Shown: in pieces, positions 35,761 through 46,178 of the stretch
Numbering within the stretch: position 1 is the stretch's first letter
Layout of the letters: the number at the start of each line of letters is the position of its first letter
Assembly: GCA_964016885.1 (NCBI GenBank)
Contig: OZ024743.1
Location: forward strand, 368,962,001-369,026,000
Reading direction: 5' to 3'
DNA length: 64,000 nt
Source of the DNA: Eledone cirrhosa
Lineage: Eukaryota
Translations under genes and position numbers: made by a program
Notes under the pieces: model-generated
The model's database searches: none
What the model saw: the letters and a program-made list of their open reading frames with translations, nothing else
Told to the model about the DNA's origin: nothing

Positions 35761-37494
35761 TACCTGTATATATATTATTTCTTAATGTTTCTATTGCAAA
35801 TGTCCCATATGTATGCTGGTATAGTTGTAGAGGTGGTAGTTGTGGTGATGGTTAGAAAGTGGCAGTTGTGGTTGCAGTAGTTGTAATGGATTTAGTTACA
35901 GTGGTGGTAGTTGTGGTTGTAATTGTAGTGGTGGCAGTTGTGGTTTTAGTTGTGGTTATGGTTGTAAGGTGGCAGTTGTGGTTATGGCCACGTATGACAA
36001 GGCTGGCATTTTGTATTACAAGCACAGTTCATATAACAGACTTCCAAACAGTTTCTTTCCACCCCATTTCACTCACAAGACAAGAGTCAACCTGAAACTA
36101 TTGCAAATGACTATTTGGCTATTCTACATCTACATGGTGGTATCTACATGCCATCCAGTAGCACATGGAAGGATTTGACCCCAGCACAACAAGCTAATGA
36201 AGTACTTTTCAGTTTTACAGTGCTTCCACTTCTTTCAAGAATTAACTGTTCCTTTCATGTTAGCAAAGATTACAGTTAAGTGGTTTCAGTCATTAACCCT
36301 TTCAGTAGCATATTTCTAAGGAAAGACATTAACCACTGATTTTCATATGATTTTGAAAATAATGAAGAATTTGAAGTAATTTAGTAAAAAACAAACAAAT
36401 TTTCATTATCAAGCTGGTGTTTAGAACATAACTTAACTCTTTATGTCCTGTATCACATGAAACTGCAATATTAAGACATTCTTGAAAAGTACAAGACATC
36501 ATTATAACTGCATCATATCAAAAAATTTGAATTAACCTGTCTTTTTAATTTTTTTTTTTTTTGTTAAATTATTACAGGATGTTTGTTAAGAGTTCAGTGA
36601 TTCAAATTGCTGATCCTTTGCTTAACAATTCAACGAGCTGAAAATTTATATAAAAGAAGTGAATATTTTAATATATTTTTTTTCTTGCAAGAAATTATTT
36701 TGTGCATGTGTTGGCAAGTATCATATTTCTGGTAAAATAGTTTAAATTTTCTATTTCAGCTTTAAATATTAATGTACCATTTCAAAGCAATACTTTATTT
36801 ACATTTCAAATTTATTTGCAATTCTTCTTGTAATTGTATACAACAGTTTTTTTCTTCTTTCATATTGCATGTGTGTTGTGTGTATTATGTGTTTGTTTGT
36901 CTATGTGTGTATTATATGTTATTATATGTTTGTATTTGTCAATGTATATGTATATATATATATTATGTGTTTGTGTATTTATCTCTCCCCCCCTCTCTGA
37001 GTGATATAGGTTACATTCATTCTCTCTCTCTCCCTCTGTGTGATAGAGGGTACATTCTTTCTCTGGAAGAAAGACAGAAAATATTAAGTTGACATTCTAG
37101 GAAGAAATAAAATAGTTAACAGAATATGATTTTCCACTGTTTATTTTACACAAATGTCTACAGACATATATTTTCTTTTTTATTGTTTGATCAGAGAGAG
37201 TAGGGCAGTACCCATGGCCCTTTTCAGGGGTCTCCAAAGGTAGGAAGGTTTCCTCAAACTAGAGACGTGTTCTGAATATTTACAACAGAGTTTACTCCAT
37301 CCACTAAAGGCATGCAAGGGTCAGGTGGTGGTATTAAACAGGTAGATGAATTAAGTTGACTACCCATGAAGACCACAGAGGGATTTGAACTCACAACACA
37401 AACAGATGAAATACCACCAAACAATTTCACCAATATACGACACTGAACTGGTATTTTATTTTATCAACATGAAACCTTGAAAACAATTTTATTA

Positions 37495-37676
37495 TCAAAG
37501 CAAATGCCATTGTGCATGGCAGCGATCCAGCCTCTGAAGAGAGGCCCAAAGCCAGCCACTCTCAAGACCGCCACCAGATACCGATGGTTTATCCTATTGA
37601 AAGCTTTCAACTGATCTAAATTGATCAAGGGCTCCACCCATGCCAGGTTCCCTAGCTATCCTCTCCACGATGTATC
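37495..37676 (-). pseudogene. Tx1 RT fragment
   Basis: Aligns with 14490-14670 (INLDQ.KAF..HRYLVAVL.VAGFGPLFRGWIAAMH). Confidence 0.8.
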
Positions 37677-37769
37677 ACACACACATATATATATATATAT
37701 ATATGATATTTCACGGATTAAAACTTCTTTTCAAATGCAAAACAAAAACTAACGATGTGTTCTTCCTTA

Positions 37770-37817
<48 letters not shown>

Positions 37818-37823
<6 letters not shown>

Positions 37824-37922
37824 GTCTTGCTCAAGGACATAACGCATTGCCCAGTCTGGGATTCGAACTGACAACCTCATGATTGTGAATGCAGTTCTCT
37901 AACCAATCATCCACACGCCTTC
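37818..37922 (-). mobile_element. CORE-type SINE head fragment
   Basis: Minus strand: tRNA-like head with GTTCGAATCCC, then TGTCCTTGAGCAAGACACTTT. Confidence 0.75.
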
Positions 37923-38032
37923 ATATATATATCATGGAGAGCAGACGTTAAATGATGATTATATAACATATATATATATATATATGTTATATAATCATCA
38001 TTTAACGTCTGCTCTCCATGATATATATATGA
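37921..38032. repeat. Perfect palindrome centred on (TA)n
   Basis: TCATATATATATCATGGAGAGCAGACGTTAAATGATGATTATATAACA-(TA)n-reverse complement. Confidence 0.92.
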
Positions 38033-39256
38033 TATATATATATAGTAATATGATATATATATATATATAGTAATATTTATATTATATTTGATATAACTAT
38101 AAATATGTAGGGTAGTACTACGTGCTAGCCGGGTACCGGTATGACAAAAGGCTCAATGCAAATTTTCAAGTGTTTTACAGAGCCGAGATACAAAGTGTTA
38201 AAACGATCAAATTTTAGTTTAGAACATTTATTAGCTGACAATTGTTTCTTCCAGAGGGAAGTTTGGAATCATCGGAGCATAAGGAATTTCGAAACATGTA
38301 ACTAAAATCCCAGTCATTTAGAACATTTAGGGTACATAATTGTTATTAGTGTCAAAGGCATCATGTGGAGAGTCAGGAGTTAAAAAGATGTTCTGCCTGA
38401 AAGAACACAATTACAGGCAACACTGGTTGGAAGTGTAATAGGTATAAGTAAAAAGCACAAGCAAAAAAATCACAAGCTAAAAAAACCACAAGCTAAAAAA
38501 ACCACAAGCTAAAAAAACAGGCAAAAAAGTTATAAGCAAGGACAATTGGTGTACAATGCAGGAGCCAATACAGTCAATAAGGCATGTATGAGGAAAGAGT
38601 TATAATGCAGTTGAAATAAACATATTTTGTGTGGGGTGTTAAAGCATGTTATAATTGTTATAAATGTTTAAGATAGTGTGCAATTTGTTAGAGAAGCATG
38701 TGGTGATAATGGAGGTATTTTTTATGTAAGGTGTAATGTAAAGCACATGATAGCGTTGGGTATGTGATTTTCATTTAAGTGTTTTTGTGTTGTAGTTCGT
38801 ATGTATGTGTGTATGTTGTTTGTTACTCACAGCTATTAACCATGGAACTATTTTGAGTCGTTTATAGTTAATAGGTGTGTGTTTGTTAAATGTAAATTCC
38901 ACCAAATTACTGGCCATGTTGTTATTGTAGGTATATTATCTTATGCATTTTTTTATCTACAAATTATCTTTTCTAGGGTTTGTATTAAGCTGTTGGTGAA
39001 CCGTTATGTTGTTAAGTTTACACAGGAAGTTGTAAAGGGGGTTAATAACAAAGGGAGGTAATTAAGGTTGTTGATAAATTAAGGGTTGTTTTAATATTGT
39101 GGTATTGTTATAAATTAATCTTTATAGAGAATATAAAATATTATTGGTTATATAATTGTTATCTTTTAAACTTGTGTGGAGGGGGTTAAAAACATTTTTT
39201 TTAAAAATTAGTTTATTATAACTAGATAGTTTTTACATAGTTAGTGTATGTATAAA

Positions 39257-39420
39257 TAATTGTTTCTACTTTTGGCACAAAGCCAGCAATTATCAGTACA
39301 TTACTGGTACTTTATTTTATCGACCCCGTAAGGATGAAAGGCAAAGTTAACCTCGGCGCCATTTGAACTCAGAATGGCAAGGGGCGTAACTCGATGCGTC
39401 AAAGCATGGCGTCCGACCCT
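39257..39420 (-). mobile_element. Meta-core SINE
   Basis: Reverse complement of the 25967 family. Confidence 0.85.
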
Positions 39421-39449
39421 ATATAATATAAGGTATATATAACAATATA

Positions 39450-40072
39450 TTATAATATGTATAAATATTTCGTATCTCCAAAGAAATACGGTTTTAGGAA
39501 GCCGTAGCTATGCAAACACCGGGGGGCTAACACACTCTGATGATGTCCAGCAGAAGCAAGGGGGACAACCGTCTATGCATTTCAGGCTTATCCCTCCCAC
39601 CGCTTGCGACTGCTGGACTAGAAGACAGGCGAGAATATATACTTTTCTCGTCTGTGCAAATGAGGTGATTAATCTCATTTGCATATGAAGCTGCATAAGT
39701 TGGCTCAACTTATAATAGAAACAAAATAGGCTTTCGCTTCAAGCATAGCTTTATACAATATGTATAAATATTTCGTATCTCCAAAGAAATGAGCCAACTT
39801 ATGTAGATTCATATGCAAATGAGATTAATCACCTCATTTACACAGACGAGAAAAGTATATATTCTCGCCTGTCTTCTAGTCCAGCAGTCGCAAGCTGTGC
39901 GAGCGACCGTCCTGACGAAGGCCACCAGTTAAGCGTGAAATGCATCACCAGAGGGCGTTAGCCACCCCGGTGTTTGCATAACTACGGCTTCCTAAAACCG
40001 TATTTCTTTGGAGATACAAAATATTTATACATATTGTATAAAGCTATGATTGAAGCGAAATCCTATTTCTTT
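39450..40072. repeat. Head-to-head inverted pseudo-LTR-like repeats with a hammerhead core
   Basis: 39602-39706 is the reverse complement of 39791-39895, and 39460-39545 of 39943-40028. CTGACGA at 39912 and GAAA at 39937. Confidence 0.8.
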
Positions 40073-40084
40073 TATATATATATA

Positions 40085-40266
40085 TACGTTATTCCGGGTT
40101 GAATCGGAGGTAACCACAGTAAGTAAGGTACTCAATACATTGCAGAGTATAAAAGTTTTAATATAGATGAGATTCTACAGGACTAGAACTGTTTCATTCT
40201 TTAGAAATCATGATGATTTCTAAAGAATGAAACAGTTCTAGTCCTGTAGAATCTCATCTATATTAA

Positions 40267-40270
<4 letters not shown>
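40085..40270. repeat. PLE pseudo-LTR fragment with a perfect fold-back (58-bp arms, 40154-40270)
   Basis: Arms 40154-40211 and 40213-40270; related to 44116-44255. Confidence 0.9.
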
Positions 40271-40348
<78 letters not shown>

Positions 40349-40724
40349 AACAACACATCGTTAGTTTTTGTTTTGCATTTGAAAAGAAGATTTAATCCGT
40401 GAAATATCATGCTGAAATATACTGGGTAAAAAAACGTCATTTTTGCTATCATTTGTCATCCTTTGCCTTTTATATACCTTTACTGCATGGTGTCGGCTTT
40501 CTGAAGTGCACACACATGCACACACACACACACACACATACACATTATATATATATATATATATATCAGTCATGTGATTCATTGTTCGTTTTTCCTCGCT
40601 TTCTATAGTAGATCTGGGGAGCAGTGTTTCGAATTCGAGTGATACCATTTGTAGCTGATGATTCACTTTACAATCTCCACACACACACTACGCACACGCA
40701 CACACACACAAATATATATATATG

Positions 40725-40786
<62 letters not shown>

Positions 40787-40789
40787 AAG

Positions 40790-41140
40790 CAACAAATTTA
40801 TTTTAGAAGACGGTCACATCTTTGAATTTGAAAATCACTTCTCTTGCAACTCGGAGAATCTAGTATACATTATAACATGTAAATGCTGCCACATATATTA
40901 TATTGGACAAACAGACACTTCATTCTGAAGACAAATGACAGTACAACGTCAGCAAATCAGGGACCCACACATCAGAAAGATCCCTCTAAGTCAACATATA
41001 GAGGAATGTGGAATGGCTAATTCTGCCAAAGTTCGATGTTTTCCCATTCTACTAGTGTAACGTATATTTTAACCAGGAAAAACGGATGAGTAAGGAAGGA
41101 TTTTTCATAAATAAATTCAAACCAAAACTCAATTTTTAAC
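40790..41140 (+). pseudogene. PLE GIY-YIG endonuclease remnant
   Basis: FSCNSENLVYIITCKCCHIYYIGQT..R..QQIR..KEGFFINKFKPKLN*. Confidence 0.8.
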
Positions 41141-41399
41141 ACATGGTTCTTTTTATTAAAACAAAAACATAATCAAGCCTGAAATTAACCATATTCTCCT
41201 CAACATAAGCAACAAAGATAAAACCAGTTACGTCCCTTGTACCCAGCAATAACACAAGCAACCAATCACATAACATTTTTAGAAAGACCATAATGAAAAT
41301 CTTTTTGAAAAGATTGTAAACATAGCTGAAACCGGTAAAAGTAAACAAAAATATATAAATAATCATCAAATTACTTATCAGATTAAATAATTTTTTAAG

Positions 41400-42143
41400 G
41401 TTTCCCCTTTAAAAAATGGACCGCATTAGGCGATTTAGCGATCTCTCTCTATAATTTTTAGATAGATACATACATATAACATCGCGCCCTTATAATATCT
41501 GTATGTCTGGCTGTCTGCATTACGTCACTTCCCTGAGGATGTCTGTGTGAGTGTGTGTGAGATTGAATCCCCAAAACTCGAGAAGTACCAAACCGACTTT
41601 TTTCAAACTTTACATGTGTATTACTTATGTTTCAGGGAGTGTTAAGCACATAAAAAAATTCAATTTTTTTATTCCCTAGGGCCCGCATTAGGTGAAAAAC
41701 TGCGTTTTTTTCAGGTTTTTAGGGGTTTTTTGAGGCGTTACGTCAGACTGATTTCCTTGAAATTGTAACTATGTATTAGTCAGTCTCTTTTTCATACGGT
41801 GAGCAAAGAAAATCCAACTTTTGTATGGCCTAGGTGAAAAACTTCATTTTTTCAGCTTTTTAGGGCTTTTTGGAGGTGTTACGTCTAGCCGTTTTTTCCC
41901 GAAATTTCAAAGCATATTATGCACATAAAAAAAACTTCATTTTCTTGATCCCCTACCATTAGGTGAAAACCTGCATTTTTCCTGCTTCATCGAAGAAAAT
42001 CTTAAAGATTATCCAGCCATCAGAGTATTCGGTTTATTTTCTTTACATATTGTCCAGGCATGTAGTTTTTCCACGATTAGGTCTGTTGGCGGCCCACGTT
42101 CCAAAATACCTTATCCCATGCAACGCCGGGTACCACTGCTAGT
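41400..42143 (+). mobile_element. HINE/Helentron-associated element
   Basis: GTCT/GT microsatellite near the 5' end; 3' hairpin CCCATGCAACGCCGGG then CTGCTAGT; 41481-41523 matches the reverse complement of 31555-31600. Confidence 0.7.
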
Positions 42144-42879
42144 ATATATATATATATACCACTTCCGTTTCCTTCGTCCTCTCCCCCTCAGTTACTTTAC
42201 TTACATGTGCCATTGTCCTGTGTTTCCCCTTTCTATCGGTATGTTTTTTTCTTTTTTTCTTTCTTTCTTTCTTTTCGCTATTGCCTTTTCTTTCCCAAAT
42301 GACTTTCCAAATGAGTTATTGGCACGCTATGGATAGATGTATCGTCTATAATGCACTGAAACATCTGTGACCTGTAGTAGACAACTGATAAAGGGATAAT
42401 GTCTATCTCTTGTTTGTGTTCCCTTTACTTTCTAACGTTATGTCCCACACCACCAACTCATCACTACACTCACCCCCACCCCACCTACACTACAGGCGAA
42501 AACATTCCTCAGAATTAACGCACCAATCAAAACAAATTTCACTGACCAGCATATGAATATTAGACTTTCTTGTACGCCATGTATATTCATTGTCATTCCC
42601 ACCAAAGAGGTCCGACGAGCCATTGATTACAGAGTCGGACTAGATCGATACAGATCGAACCTTGAGCTGATCAATAGTGAAGCACACATCACCAACCAAT
42701 AAATGTAATGAAGGCTTAACCAATCGTCCTTGTATTATTTTATTATACTACACACTGTTTAACTCTACACCTCGATACCGACGTGAACCTAAACATCGAG
42801 TGCTCACCCAGGTGACCCTACAGTAACTCCGCGTTACACTCCCTGGATATATATATATATATTTATATATATATGTATG

Positions 42880-43490
42880 CGATGGTTGGAAAATCACTGA
42901 CGAAGGACTATTTTTATCATATGTAACCCATGTGCAACCACGCAGTATTCTTCTTTCTTCTCATGTTTTTTATATATATTTACCTCGGCTGCGTTTTTCT
43001 GTTTCTCTCTTACTGCTTCCCCGTTCTCTCTGTTTCTCTCACCTTCTTTCGCACCCTCTGTCAGTTACACTTTCTCTCGACTGACCTCTTCCTCGCACTT
43101 CCACTCACTCACTCTCTGTTTCTCCCCTTCTCACTTCCTCCCATTTGGCTTATAGTGGGTCTCTTCTTGCTTACATCTCACTCACGTCGGACGGTCTGTA
43201 CCTTTCGCTCATGAAATCCACCCAGCTTATGCTGACCGGACAACCATGTTGCTTGTTTTTTCCTATCTTTGGTTTTCTTTTATCCTTCTATGTTGTTTAC
43301 TTGTCCCCCTCGCTTTACGCGATTTACTGGTCCCAATAACTTTTTTTAGTTATTGCTCGCACCAACCTGAGGTATATGATTTTTAATGCGATGAAATACC
43401 AATGATGGTTGGAAAATCACTGACGAAGGACTATTTTTATCATATGTAACCCATGTGCAACCACGCAGTATTCTTCTTTCTTCTCATGTT
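42880..43490 (+). repeat. ~90-bp direct repeats (42880-42970 and 43403-43490) bounding a pyrimidine-rich unit, PLE pseudo-LTR-like
   Basis: GATGGTTGGAAAATCACTGACGAAGGACTATTTTTATCATATGTAACCC... repeated at a spacing of ~523 bp. Confidence 0.75.
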
Positions 43491-43511
43491 TATATATATA
43501 TATATATATAT

Positions 43512-43717
43512 AATGTGGCCGTGTAGGCAACACGGTAAAAACCTCCCAGCCCCACACTGTAAATGTGGTTGGTGTTAGGAAGGGCATCCAACTGTAGAAA
43601 ACCCGCCAGACAGTCCTATGCGAGCAAGACAACCACTCTTGCCTCAAGTGGGAAAACCCCCGTCCAAACCCATGCAAGCGTGGAACACGGATGCTAAACC
43701 TGATGATGATGATGATG

Positions 43718-43718
<1 letters not shown>
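43512..43718 (+). mobile_element. RTE-tailed SINE-like repeat
   Basis: Matches 11410-11614; ends in (GAT)n. Confidence 0.75.
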
Positions 43719-43772
<54 letters not shown>

Positions 43773-43964
43773 AAAACAATGAAGTTAAACAAAAAACGGT
43801 TAATTCATAGTAAAACTCATTATTTTACGATCGTTTCTGGGGGGTAGTTCCCCGTATGTCCATTCAATTATTGATCTATGTAAAATATATTACAAAATAT
43901 CATAGTAAGAAAAAATACATACGTCTTCACTACCCGCCGTCTTCAGAAATAATATCTGTGTTTA

Positions 43965-44016
<52 letters not shown>

Positions 44017-44115
44017 AATTCCGTTGGAAAGGTCCAGGAAAAAAGAGTGCTCTATGTAGGTTACAGAGCTTAATAGTTATGTAATAAAACTATATATATA
44101 TATATATATATATAT

Positions 44116-44255
44116 AAGCCTGCTTTCCTGATGATTTCCTTCAAATGAAACAGTTCTAGTCCTGTAGAAGCCATTTCTATATTAAATATTATATATACTC
44201 TTCTATGTATTGAGTACTTTATTTACTGTAGTTACCCCCAATTGAACCTGGAATA
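44116..44255 (+). repeat. PLE pseudo-LTR fragment with a hammerhead core
   Basis: CTGATGA (44128-44134)..GAAA (44147-44150) CAGTTC; homologous to the reverse complement of 40085-40212. Confidence 0.6.
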
Positions 44256-44409
44256 CACACACACACATACACATATATATATATTTAAATTATTATAGGT
44301 CCTTGGCATATAAGATGTGTTTAAAAAAACATATAATTATTTTTATTTTACAAAGCATATAGATAAATTTACAGTAGAATAACAATACAAATATGTTTTA
44401 AATATATCA

Positions 44410-45093
44410 ATGAGGAGCTTGGCCGCCAGGGTCTCCAGGTCAATAGCTCCAAATGTGAGCACTGGATCCTCAACCACCCGGCTTCTCAATACCAACAGCT
44501 AATTGACCTGTTTGCAGAGTCCTTCCCTTCCATTGCGGTCCCTCCCTCGTCAGCTTAGTGCTCCTTAGGAGCCCCAATCACAGACCTTGTCTTCGAGTCA
44601 ATTTTCCAATCAAAGATGGTTGGCCTTGAGCAGCTGCTGAAGAATATTGAAATTATTGAACCCCATCAAGGTTTCTTCATACTCAGGAACCACCTGTCTA
44701 TTCTTAAGATTCTGTATCTGCTCAGGGTCAGCCCCTCTCACAGATTTCCGTCCTCCCTCCAACACTTTGACGACCTAATCTTCGAGAGACTCGAGTGCCT
44801 GGTCAATGTTAGACTCTCTCCAGAGTCCCGCGATCAGGCTGCGTTGCCCAAGCGATTTGGGCGTCTTGGTCTTCGTAAGTGTTCATCCCTCTCTCTCCCC
44901 TGCTTCCTTTCCTCCACCCATGCCTGCTCCACCCTGGTGAGCAGCATCCTCTCCTCTCCAACATGGACTAGTTCCAACAGAGAGTTGGGTGAAGCTCCCC
45001 AGCAATGGAGTGAGTTGAGGTTGTCTCTTCCTGAGAAGGTGGAGGACAGTCGAAGTCAGAGAACTTGGGACAGCATAAGTTCGAAGGCCACCT

Positions 45094-45098
<5 letters not shown>
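44410..45098 (+). pseudogene. CRE-clade LINE RT C-terminal fragment
   Basis: LLRSPI..PHQGFFILRNHLSILKILYLLRVSP..QAALPKRFGRLGLR..LPCFLSS..SQRTW. Confidence 0.75.
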
Positions 45099-45148
<50 letters not shown>

Positions 45149-45891
45149 ATAAATTGCTCACGATTCTTTTTTCGTTGATAGCTTTTTCTAGCAAACACGG
45201 CGGCTGGCAAACCCTTCAAGGAACTATATGTATGCTGGGCACACAGGTATTAGGACGTGTGTTTTCCTGTCAGTGTCATATCAAACATATCGATTTTCTT
45301 CTGAGGATACCATTCTCATAATCAACAGCAAATGCATGAAGGACATCTTGATTGCATGGAGAACCGTGGAAATAATTATTATTGTTACCTCAGCATCTTA
45401 TTTTGTTATATATATATATATATAAAAGGGTATGGATATTCCGACAGGCACTAAGTACCTACAGAAATATGCATGGTGTTTATAATAGTTGTGGTTCGAT
45501 GGTACTAATTTGAGATACCAGAACTATAAAAATGAGTGGAACAAGTAATCATCAAACAATCTTTTAAATAAATTAAAAAACGATTTAAATATTCACCTGT
45601 TCTATTGCCGTTACCGACGGTTTCAATATATATATATATGAATGTATATATAGTATATTTGGCAATATACTGTATGCTTAATTAAAAACATTTTGAAGAC
45701 CTTGCGTTATTATTTTAAAGTAGTGACTATCTCACTTACTTCTTTTTTCAACAAACAAAGGGAGATAAGCTGACAGATCTGTTTCCTACTGTTGGTAATC
45801 ATCAGAACTTAGCACTCGCTTTGTCTGTTGAAAATTATAAATGTTGGATTCTTATAGAATTCCAGTAATAATCAGGAACTGATTATATATA

Positions 45892-45975
<84 letters not shown>

Positions 45976-46178
45976 TAAACGGAATAGAAAATGCTGACAA
46001 ATTGTTCACAGTTGAAAAATGGTTTAATTAGGAATAAAAGAGTATTAGTGATTGTATGGGTTAGTATTCAGTGTATGTGTGTGTATATATATATATATAT
46101 ACACACACTAGGCCTTTTAAAATTGCTTAATTATTATTTGATATGAGTATGTATCTTTGAACACGTTTCTGTCTATGT

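Noticed and set aside
40920-40935. In-frame TGA in a PLE GIY-YIG as selenocysteine
   Set aside because: It falls at an Arg-like position (likely CGA to TGA decay), not a Cys position, and no SECIS was recognised.
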